Below are positions 11,606-22,839 of a DNA stretch of 64,000 bases, piece after piece. Origin of the DNA: Pelomyxa schiedti (lineage: Eukaryota > Protista > Evosea); NCBI GenBank assembly GCA_020536535.1, contig JAHLWZ010000682.1, positions 1-64,000 on the forward strand. Direction: 5' to 3'. How positions within the stretch are numbered: position 1 is the first letter of the stretch; every line of letters starts with the position of its first letter. The position numbers and the translations under genes are program-made. The notes beneath the pieces are model-generated. The model did no database searches and had not been told where the DNA came from. It was given only the letters and a program-made list of their open reading frames with translations.

Positions 11606-13971
11606 TCAGCTTCTTGTGCCAACAAATTCGTTCAGGTGTGGATAGAGGTTGCGGTACATGCTTTGTGGTTTTTGAGTGATGTAAGTTTGGTAAATAAGGA
11701 TAGAGGTATTAGGAATGTACCTAGATACAGTGGCTTGCGCAATGTCGGCAGCACCGGCTATTTCTTTGTCCGTGAGTGCTCCTGCATTGCTAAAAGAAGG
11801 TTAAATCAAATCGGTGAAGGATTGAACTAGGGTTGTTTAGGGTTTTTTGTTTGGGTTTGTTGAGTGCTTAGTTTGTTTGTAGTGCCTCTGTGTTCCTTGG
11901 GTTGGGAGAAAGCAAAGTGTTTATTGAGTGTTAAAGTGCAGGGCAGTTCACTCAATAAAACAGTTTAGTGTGTGATAATAATTACTATACTTCATACAAG
12001 AGCGGGGAACAAAGACAAAACGGCGGTACCCCTTGTAATTGTCTGGAGGGTTTTTACATGCAATGAAAATTGCAGTTGCAGCCAAAGAAGCAGGTCTGCA
12101 TCCTTCGACATAGGGTGCTGCTTTTTTGGCAATTTCCATGGCATAGGATTTCATTTGGAATTCAAGCTTGAGCTTGTCCCCAATCCGTTCCTTTTTTGTT
12201 TAGTTTTTGTGGTTTCCATTGTTGAGTTGACTAGAATGACAAGTACCACAAGGTCAGCAGCATGCACACTCTTCTTCTCTGCAAGCTCCGGCACTACTTT
12301 AATCAAGTTAGAGTAGGCTGTTTTGACATCTTTCTCAGGAACAATTGCAGCCTTGGCAATTTCTGTGGGAAATGTCTCAGATGGAAGCCATTAAAAAAAC
12401 CTACCTTTAATTGTCCGAGGGAAGTTGTCTCTCTTGCAACTAGAAAAGAGTACAGCGCAAACTAGTTGATCCGTTCTAAACATACGACTGCAGTGTTTCT
12501 TTGCACAAAACTTACTGTAGAGCTCCTTTGCAGTCTCCTACACTAAGAGTTAAAAGAAGTAAGTATTCTGAAGTTACTTACGACTATGCGTGATGGAAGT
12601 CCAAGAGCATCAGCAAAAGTACATATTTTCTCAAAGGCGGCCCTCTTAGTTTTAACCTCAGCAGACTAGAATAAATTTAGTAAAACAAAAGTCATCCAAA
12701 TAAGTCCGGAAATACCTCAAGCTGCCTCATTACTCTCCGAGATGGTTGCCCTCCCTTTGCCGTGTCCCCAGAAGCTGCAGCAGTTTTATCAAATGTCGAG
12801 CGATACACTGCTCCAACTCCAGTGGACAAATCGCTGATGAACTGGTCATCTTTGGTTATACGACTGCTATCCTTGTGCCCATCATCAAAGTTACGCCACT
12901 CTTGCCCCTCATCAATGATTTTTTCTGTTGGAGATTAATTAGAGAAACTGGGTAGTAGGTTGAATTGCCTCTTGCAACAGTGCCACAATAGTAACACACT
13001 ACGGTTCCATGCTTCCTATCTTCTTCATACTCACACTTCATGCCACGGCGAGAAGGTGCTGTGCATATAGGTGCATTCTCATCTTCATCACGGTAGTGGA
13101 CTTGGCTGAACTCTGGGAGCGGAACTTCGGCGGTAGGCGGAGCTTCCTCAGGCGCGTCATAAGTTACGTTGCTGTGACTACCCATTGAACCAGTCCTAGA
13201 AAAGCTAGTCGAGGTTGTGCTTGTGGTTGTGCTTGTGCCAGACGCCATCTGTGGTGGGTAATTAGACACATGAGGAGGTGCCGGATTCTGATTCATATTC
13301 ATAATGGGGTTCTGATTCATCCCTCTCTGATGCATAGGCTGAGCCACCCCCATTGGGTAAAACTGCCCGCCATGATGAGAAGAACTGCCCCCTCCATGAT
13401 ACGCCTGCACATTCTGTGGCAGCACAGCAGCAGAAGAAACAGCACCCGGATTGGGACTGGGATTGGGGATTCCAACCACCACGTTAGTAGGCGGCCCCTG
13501 CGGGTGCTGCTGGTACGGCGGCTGCTGCGGCGGCGGGGGCTGCGGCATGAGGGGGTACTGGTGCTGGGGGAGGAACCCCCCGCCGCCCTGGGGGAGCTGC
13601 AGCGAGGCAGGGGGGTAGGACGAGACCGGGGGCGGGGGCGGGGGCGTGTGCGTGGCCAGGGGGTGCTGCGAGAGCGGGGGCTGGGGCAGCGACGACGACG
13701 ACGACGAGGAGGCCGCGGGCGAGACGGCGCCGTAGGACGGCGGCGAGAGCGAGGAGAAGGAGGGGGGGGACGGGGCGGCCGGGCGGTACGAGGGCGGGGC
13801 GCCCGTGGGAGGGAGGACCGAGACGGAGGGCGAGGCGCCGACGTAGTGGCCCGGCGGCGGCTGGGGCTTGGGCCCGCCGCCCAGACCCATCTGGTACGGC
13901 TGGCCGTAGGGGCCCATTATGGGACGCGGGGCGCCGGGCACCGGTGGCGTGGCTGTCATCATGCCCTGCAT
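11606..13971 (-). CDS. TFIIB: Transcription factor IIB-like protein with a long Pro/Gln-rich N-terminal extension (spliced)
   Basis: Zn ribbon (C..KCEYEEDRKHGTVVCYYCGTV) and B-reader (EKIIDEGQEWRNF..KDSSRI). Cyclin-fold segments ETAKELY, AMEIAKKAAPYVEGCRPASLAATAIFIAC, TDKEIAGAADIAQATVSSMYRNLYP. Stop at 11606-11608. Confidence 0.85.
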
Positions 13972-14149
13972 TGTAATAATTTGAAGTCTCTGGTCGACGA
14001 ATTGGCTCACCAATTGGTGTTCGCGCAACTTTTTTTTGTCCGGAAAGTTTCGCTTTCCGGAATCTTTCGATGTGGGCGATGGGCGTCTGTTTGTGGGGGC
14101 AGCGTAAGAATTCAATTTTCAACATAAAAACGATCTTGCCGTTGTTTTG
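13972..14149. promoter_or_regulatory. Putative bidirectional promoter between TFIIB and the sirtuin
   Basis: 178 bp separate the divergent ATGs (13971 and 14150). The gap holds ATTGG and a CCAATTGG palindrome (14001-14017) and a 9-bp inverted repeat TCCGGAAAG-N5-CTTTCCGGA (14039-14061). Confidence 0.45.
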
Positions 14150-16481
14150 ATGCAGCAGCCGTTGTTGGAGCACGAGGCAGTCCCATCAAATGCGACATCT
14201 GCGACACCACCCGCGACAAATACTGACGTTGGCGTTGTTACCAAAGAGATCTCTGATACTCCAGGCACGAATACAGCAACACCTGCTGTGCGTGGTGAGG
14301 GGCCAGAAGATCCTGCGAAATTGACCGCCTCAGAAACTACACAGAGTACCGCGGTTTCTGCTACGACTTCCTCGACTTCGGCAAGTGCAGAGGAAGTAGC
14401 TGTGCCACTGCACTCTGCGAATATACCAAAGTCGGTGCTGTCTTATGGCAACTTGCACGACACGTCGTTTGTACTTGACAAACTTCGGTCTCATCTCGTT
14501 GTTTTAGTAGTGGTATGTTGGCTTTGTTAAATCCGGTCATTCATTGCCAATACATTTCACTAGGACTGTGTGAACTGCAAAATACTACTAAGAATGAATC
14601 AACGGCTTTCAATGATCCTCTTTGTACGATGCCGGTTTGCACAGCACACTCCTCGTTGTTTTCTCTGAAATGAGCCCAGAAATTGTGTAATAAAACTTCT
14701 TGACTCGGCTGTGGTTACATCCCGCACTTGTAGAATAGTTGATTGCTCTAAGTGTGATTTTGTTTTTGAAGGTATCTTCCCTGTGAATTCTATGTCTAAT
14801 GCAACCAATTTTCATAGATATTGATACCCGCAAAGTCGAAGTTTTTGGTACCAATACTTGTAAGTTTATTTTCATTGGGGACACTGTATTACTCGAATCA
14901 CAGTTGGTAATTTGGAGAAAAGGTTACCTTTCAAACAACCCAATAAAACTGAATACTGTTTCAGGGTGCACTAATAATACCATTGGCATAGCCGAGATCA
15001 CTTCATGTCGCACCATTGATGTCCAGTATGAAGTTAATTTTCCCTCAACTGGCGTTCAGTTTACGTCCTCCAGTGTGAAATGACTATCCCTGCCCCAAAT
15101 TGTTGTGGGGAGTCACAGTGGGTTTCCAATATCGACACTGCGCGTAGTATCCACCATACTCTCTTGCGTGATTATGCGGGGGCATTCGAGCAGCCAGGTC
15201 TTGCTGCCATCAATGCTGTCCTACCTTTCATAAAAGCGTCCCTGCCAAGGGATGAAACACACCATAACAGTGCCACATCTACCGTTACAGGCAGTGACAT
15301 TATTGCTGACATTACCGAGCTAGCAGCTGTACCTCCACTGCCTCAGGCAGTCATTGATCATGCATACGATGAAGAAAGACGAGAGTATCTTGAACCACTA
15401 GCTTCTCTTCAAGAAAAGGTAATATATTTCACCGGGCATTTAATTTATTTTGGCCAGGCTGCCCATGTTGCACAGCTTCTCAGGGCTTCCAAGCACACAG
15501 TAGTGTATTCTGGTGCTGGGATAAGTACTAGTTCCGGTATTTAGATCCTGCTTCACTCACTTGTTGTTTGACCTATTACAAGGTATTGGGGATTTTCGTG
15601 GCCCAAAGGGTTTATGGACTTGCTCCGATAAAGTACCGAAATTCTCTCAGAGACAATCACTAACCTACGAAAGGGGACGAAATGCGAAAGTAAAACTTAC
15701 ACTGATGTTTTACCTACATTTGCACACTATGCTATCACCGCCCTGGCAAAAAAAAAACTTGTCCATTTTGTTGTTACAACAAATGTGGATGGACTTCATT
15801 TACGAAGGTCAGACAACCCTGCCAATTCAAGTTCTAAATATGCACAGTGGTACACCTCTCCACATGCTTGTGGAGTTACATGGCTGTTGCTATAAAGAAG
15901 TCTGCACCAACTGTAAAAAGGTATTCTTTTGTCAGGGCAGCAAATTTTGTCTCATAAGGAACAAGGTTTTTCTTCGTGACTATAATGTATTCCGTGGAAA
16001 GAACACTCGTAGTGGTCATCTTACAGGAAGGATGTGTGACTTTTGCCGTTCTCCACTTGTGGTATTTCACTGTACTATACCGAGCAACATTCATTTTCAC
16101 TGTAGGAAACCAGCGTAGCTTTTGGAGAAACTTATAGGGATCCTGTTGATGCCATCAGGAGCGCATATCATGCCCGCAAGGCTACGTTGGCCATTGTTCT
16201 TGGTACATCAATGAATGTTCAGGGAGCTGCATCGTATCCAGAGAAAGTATGTATCCCACCCTCACATATGCCCTCCAAGAACAACAAAACAGGCACTGAG
16301 AAATCAAGGTGGTAGCATGATTCTTGTAAACATGCAAGCTACTCCCTATGAGTCCATTATAGGCACTAGGGTATGGGCGCGCATTGACGATTTCATGAGG
16401 CTCGTAATGGAGAACCTTGGCATTACTGTTTCCTGTGAATGTGACATGTTGTCTGAATGGGCAGGGAAATGGAGTGACTAA
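14150..16481 (+). CDS. Class IV (SIRT6/7-like) sirtuin with an N-terminal extension (spliced)
   Basis: [55 protein letters not shown] and IVLGTSMNVQGAASYP spread over several exons. Confidence 0.88.
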
Positions 16482-16779
16482 CTTGAATGCACTCACAAAC
16501 ACAAAGACATAAAATCAACTGTTACAATCAAAAAAACACCAAAGCCTTTTTTTCCCTAGTTGTCACGCACACCATGTTTTCGAATCTCATCAAGCTGGGA
16601 GGACACCATGAAAGTTATCCAAGTGGAAGTAATACAGTAAAAAACTCTTGTGTTTTGTATTTGGGCTCTTTCTTCCCTTAAAACACAAGTAAAACAACAA
16701 CCACCAACACCCCAGCACACCTCACAGTGTGGTGATCACTATCCAAACCCAATCCACCTACCTCAGCACAGTTTCTATT

Positions 16780-19700
16780 CTACAATCTAGTTTGTTTTGT
16801 GTGCTGGTAAAGTGAGGGGCATTGAGGTCTGAGGGGTGGTGGTGTTGGCAGAGAAACCTGTTGCTGTGACTGGTGTGTGGTGGTGGGTGATAGTGGAAAC
16901 CTGGGTATCTGGGTTACAGAGGTGGGTGGAAGAGCTGCGGGGAGTGGCTGGAAGGACCTGTGGGGAGGAGGAAGGGTGCTGGGCCGTGATTGGAGTTGCA
17001 CCGGAGCGCCGACCGATTGCATGGGCAGTGCTCCTGGTGGCGGGAGCGGCAGTGACATGGCTGGCTTGTTGCACTGGAGAGGTGGGAGCTGTTGTTGCTG
17101 TGGTTGTTGTGGTTGTTGTGGTGGTGGCGGCGGCGGCAGTACCTGTCCGCGTTCGTGCGTGGATGCGGGTGTTGTGTGTGTGCGTGCTTGTGTGGGTGAT
17201 GAGTACGGGGGCAGGAGGCTGGGGTGGGGGAGCGGAAATGTGGGGGGGCCAGAGCCTACGACGGGGACTTGGACGGGCGTATTTGCTGGGCCGCTGTTAC
17301 GGAACTGCGGCGGCGGCTGGGGCAATGGGGAAGGAGGTTGTTGCGGAACAACGGGAGGAGTTGGCTCCGCCAGGGCGCGGAAGGGGGGGGTACCCGGGGG
17401 CTGTAGTGAGCTGAGGAGTGGTGGTGCTGGTGCTGACTGGAACAACTGGGGATTGGGGATACCCTGCTTAATGGTCTGTACTGCAGGAGGCGGGGGTAGG
17501 ATGGATGTGAACGTGTTGGTTAGCGGGAATTGGCCGTTCTGCTGTCGGGCATGCACTGCAGGGGGGAGTACCGATTGTGAAACTGCTGTTGCTGTCTGAC
17601 GAGTTGGGGGATATTGCACTGGTGACAGTCGAGGCAGAACCGGACTGGAAACTGGCTTGTCGGCTGCTGGGCCTGGCATCTTACTTCCTTGGTGTGGAAG
17701 TGGAAGTGAAAGTAGAGGCGACTCACTGCATTGCAGTGGTATATGCTTAACCTCTTCAGATACACTCTCATGTGCTTTCATAATCTGTTCGTAGAGGACT
17801 TCGGATCTGTGTACAGTATTTGCCAGAGGTTCCAATAACTCATCTAATACTTGTAAATCAGTCTGTAAATCCCTGAGTTCAGTTCGTTCATTAAGTGCGA
17901 CACGTTCGAGAATTCTCTGCCATTGCTGTTGCCACTTCTGTTGCTTGTCCTCCGCACTTCTTTTAATTGTATTGAACTCGTCAATACATTGTCTCAGTGT
18001 AGAAGTTTTTTGTTGAATTATTGCCTGCCTAGCTGCACTTCCACATATGAGATTTTGTAGGTTCACAACTGTGGTGCTGAGTGTGCGAGAGCTATTTTCT
18101 AATTTTTCAACAAGAGTACTATATTGCACTGATTTCTTGTTTAGTTCACTACGGGTATCCTGTGTATTAAACCCTCTTCCAGGGTGAACTTGGACTGGGG
18201 TTGCATCAAGAGTGGCCGAGTCACTGCAGAAGGAAGCATGCACTTCAACCTGTGTTATGAAAGAAATCAGACAACTTTTTTAAAGTACTTGTACATCCAT
18301 ACTTCTTCCTGGGGAATGAGCTGCCCACACAAAGGGCACTCTACCTGCCTGATATCGAGTTTAGCTATTTGTAGCTACGGAGAAATGAAACATACAGGGA
18401 ATGATCTAAGGGTACGGCATTAGATGCTGCAACAGGCAGAAGGGACTCTGGTTCATTTTGCCGTGATAGCTGTGGTCTGAGGAAACTGGGTTGTGTCTGA
18501 TGTAAAGGGAGAGGTGGGTGCGGCTTTGCCGGCTCAGCAGCGAGGAGACTGGGGGCTGTGACTTGCACTTCGGACTCAGTTGGTGCTTTATGCTTGGGCA
18601 AGTTAGGTGCCCATATTTCAGCTAACTTCTTCATTAGGGTACTAGTTTCATATGTCTGTAGATAACGTCTCGTTTTTTGTGAAATATCTTTTATTTTCTT
18701 TCTGTTACTCAGGTCAAGGGGAAATTCATCGAGGTCTAACATCGGATTAAACCGGAAATAAGAAGTACTTGAATTGTTAAATCTCCGACTCATTTCTCGG
18801 TGTACATTTTCAGAGTCACTGACAATAGCAACAATATCTTTCACCAATACTGAGCCTATCCAATGATTTTGAGGTACTCCGCCTATATTGGTTGGCAGTT
18901 TTCCAGTACCAATGGATACGAGAGCGTGGAGTGTTGCCTGTGGCCACAGGAAAGAGGCTTCAGCTTCTGCTTCATTCGCTGGATTATTGGCACCAACCCC
19001 ACCATCTATGTACTGCACCCCACCAATAAGTTTTGGAGAAAAATAAGACGGAGCTGCTGACGTGGCTAATGCACCGTCGAGAAGAGTGAGGTCACCAGGC
19101 GGAGAGGAGCGTGACTGAGCAGTGTCAGGCCTTTGATAGCTGCGAAAAAGGACAGTCTCTGGTCGACCTTGTCCAATACGAGTGGATGTTACACAAACCT
19201 TCGGGAATGTTGAGGAGCATTGAGACCAGGTTCTATGTGGTGGAACCATGGTAAGAAGTAAGTTTTGCAACATTGAACTAGAATAACATCCCCCTGTTGT
19301 TGCCCAGTTGACAAACTTCTTGTACCAGCTTGATCCAAAGAGTCTAGGACCAAGTTCCATGTAAAATGAATGCAGTATATGCAAATCAATTTTTAGTAAG
19401 CCTAGTGCAATGGCCAGGATCCCTCCTGTACTTGTTCCACAAATAAGGGTGAAGATATCCCATATCTTCTTGCCCGTCCTACGTTCTAACTCCATCAATA
19501 CCTCAATCTCAACTAGTCCCCGTATACCACCTCCATCAAGGCAAAGTATATTATACTTTGACTCAGGCAAGACAAGAGAAAGTTGTCGTGCAATTTCTTC
19601 CAATGAGTCTATGACAGTTTCCATTTCTGGCCTTCTGGGTGGCTCCTGGTGGCTCATTTCATGCAAGAGTTTGTAGTATCTACTATGCGGTTCGGATCCC

Positions 19701-22698
19701 GGGGAGTAGACAGTTTGCCCGAGCTCCTCTATTGCTATACAGGCTTTCCCTAAGCTATAGAAGTCTACTCTATAGTCACTTGTGTTGCTGGAAAGTTCTG
19801 GGGCGGCGTACAATGCTGCGTCATTTGAAGGATTAAATGAACATTGAAAGTAGTTAAAGAACGCCTCCCCACTTGCGTTGATAAAAACGTTGTCCGGAAC
19901 GAATATTTTGAGAGTGATTCCGTGCCTGTGAAGAAATGTAATAACATTACACAATGTGATAACTTGCTGGACACGAGTGAGGCAATGGTACGGTAACTGT
20001 TTGGATTGCGCACGAAATGATTGCCACGTGTGGGCAACTGCAGGAAAAACCAGGGAAATATGGGTCATACCATCAGAAATCCTGAGGTACTGCAACGGGA
20101 GGATGGACCCATGATTAAGTGCCCATTGAGTCATTATTATCTTGTGTATTTCGGCAGTTTGATCCTTGGAAGTGTGGGTCAAATCTACATTTGTCACAGT
20201 GACGGTAGATGTGACTGGTTGTAATGGTGAGAGGAGGTAATCTTTAAGTACTCCTCTGGTCCCATCAGGTCCCACTTCCAGTACTTGGGGTTGTAATTCA
20301 TAATGCAGAGAAAGAAGACATACGCCTGTTCCTAAAAGTTTTTCTTCACTCCAAGTAGTACTTTCTTGTCTAGCACTCTTGCATTCACAAAGAAAGCTAA
20401 TTTGGGCTCTCAATTCATTGATATAGTTGTCACAAAAAGATTTCATCGTCTCTTTCATTTTGAGTTTCAGTTTGGGCACAACATCTTTGACAATTTTCAG
20501 AGTTGTGTCACGAGAAATTACAGCCATAGTCATATTTGGAATCATAAGTGGCTCATAGTGTACTTGTGGTACTTGCGAGAGAAGCGCTCTATAAGATGAT
20601 AGAACTAGTCGCACCTTTACGTTCCAGGGATTATTACCATCAATTCCAGAACCAGCGTATATACCAAGTTTAGTAAACGAGAAGTCAGTAGATAGAGCCG
20701 CAAGTTGATGGTGAGTATTAAATATTCCCTCACACTGCTTTTCAAAGAGTGCAACAACGTCTCGTGAAAAAGAGTGGAAGCGGTCTTGGGTTAGCATCGT
20801 TGTCACTTTTAAACGTATCCGGGAGCGTCGCATTAAATGTGTTTCGTTCTCCAGACAATTTTGTGAGTCATTGAGCAGTTCATGCTCTATTTCATCCACC
20901 TGATCAAAGAATTTGCAGTCTGGTTGCTCCAGGTAATCAATGAACGAGGCGACATGTGACTCAATGATCCTGTCCATCATTTCAAGAGTACCATTAAAAG
21001 AAATTCTCAGGTCAGTTTCAGATCTCAGTAAGTTAGCCTTAATGGTAGCAACGTTTTCGACAAGGGAGTTTATTGATAATAGAGATCTGGTCACTTCGAG
21101 AAGAGAAGCAACTGTAGCACACACTGAGCGCTTGAACAAATATTTGAGCCAAGAAACGAGCTTGATATGAAATTGGAAAATTGCCTTCGGCGCTTTGATT
21201 ATTGAAGGTTCTCCCTGGGACAAGTTGAATGCTTCCAGTGCAGAATACGGGGCGAATCGATCAAATTTAATGCTATCTGTATGTTCGGTAACCCCCCCCC
21301 CGGCGCCATCCACTATGCTCTTCACCCAATCAAAGAATGTTTCCACTGGTGAAACGTCCCCAGGGACACGCCTTATCAGGTCGAGCTGGTTCCCAACAAA
21401 GAATATTGTTGAGATGTCCAATTTGGTCTGGTTAATTATGTCAATCAAAAATGATTTCTGACGGAGTCTCCCGGCAGGGTTCTTCAAGCTGGAGAAAAAA
21501 TTATTCCCAATCGACCTCTTTGGCGTTCAACCCACTCTTCCACAACTTTACGTAGTTTCTCTTCTTCTTCCAATCCAGGGGAGTCAATAAGCTGTACACC
21601 GGCCTCTAAGAGAGGGTGCGGCCACTTGACTTGTATTTGCTTCTTCAAGAAATAGTCTAGAATATCACCTTTGCTATCCCGTCCAAAGACTGGTAGAAGA
21701 GAGGCACCTTGGAGGGTCACAGTTGGTACTGCCGAGAGCGGCTTCCATTCTTGCCACCTTATCATTCCCTGGTGATCTGGGTCTCCGATTCTATAACAGG
21801 GCTCAGCGCCATAACTGATGGTCGTCATGCACACGGTACAGCAGGAGTCCCAAGCGGGTAACAGAGGAGCCTCAATAAGAGAGTTGATGAACATACTCTT
21901 CCCAGATTTTGTCACACGAGTGACAAGAAGAGTGACATTTTCTAACGAAGTAGGCAAACTTTTAGATGTATCCTTAGCATCCAAATACCTCATAAGAGTG
22001 GTCCTTAACCCAGAGTTTTGATAAGATGTCGCATGCAGCTTCAGAATCTGTGTGAGTTGCCCAGATAATCTCTTCACCTCCTTTTCGCTTGCTACTGATG
22101 CCACCCCCCCCGGAGCTCCTTGAAAACTTGAAAAGATTTCTTGGCCACTTCGGACCTCGCAAATCCCAGCATCACTCTCACCACCGCCGAATGGGTTCCG
22201 AAATCTCGCTCGAATTTCGTAGGGACGGGCGCGGCCGCGGCGGTGCCACCGGAGCTACCGGATGCGACTGCCGGAGTCGCCTCGTCAGTTTCATCCTCGT
22301 CAAGACCTGCGAACTGCTCCAGGGTCGAGAAAGACTGAGCGACTCTGGCCGCCGCACTGCACACAGTTCCTTGGTCATACCCCCGAGTACGACACGCCGA
22401 CGGTGCTGGAAAGCCATTGTGGGATGGCCATCGTCGCCAGGTCGGCAACAACGCTCCTCAGGGCCACTACGTCCCTTGCGTTTATACGGCACTCATGCTG
22501 GGTTCCAGGTGTCTGCAGTGCTGAAAAAAATGGCTCCAGCCGGCCACCTTGCTGTTGGTAGACCTGAAGAATGCCTCCAATCTGCGGGGCCGAAAAACCA
22601 AGCTCCGTGAGTCTCTGACAAAGTTGCTGCTCTGACATCAATCGTGTTGCGTCGGACGCAACTTGCGTCTTTTGGTTTCCAAAAAAAGGAAACCGCAA
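16780..22698 (-). CDS. Multidomain protein: UBA-like - degenerate dynamin-like GTPase - helical region - pseudokinase - patatin (PNPLA8-like) - UBZ-type Zn finger - coiled coil - Pro/Gln tail
   Basis: ORF pieces 22698-22375, 22451-22092, 22104-21484, 21487-18365 and 18243-16780. GTPase motifs VTKSGKSMFINSLI, IDSPGL, FFVGNQLD. Kinase-fold remnants YAAPE, VDFYSLG, PPRRP. Patatin motifs DGGGIRG, GTSTGG, DGG. Two GTATG-donor introns near 18395-18190 give CPLCGQLIPQEEVEVHASFC. The 5' junctions are unresolved. Confidence 0.75.
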
Positions 22699-22839
22699 AT
22701 TTTGAGTACCTAAGCACCAAGTTGGGAAATTTTGGGGATTGTAACCAATTGGCGGTTGAATTGCGTATGGTGGATAGAATTAATAAGGCAGTTTGATACA
22801 AACAAAATTTGTCTACCACATGCACTGTGGTTAGTTTCT

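Noticed and set aside
13270-14173. Long overlapping ORFs (285 aa on +, 229 aa on -) over the TFIIB 5' region
   Set aside because: Shadow ORFs caused by high GC and low complexity.
16787-17599. Several + strand ORFs and alternative-frame ORFs
   Set aside because: Antisense or alternative-frame shadows of the Pro-rich tail.
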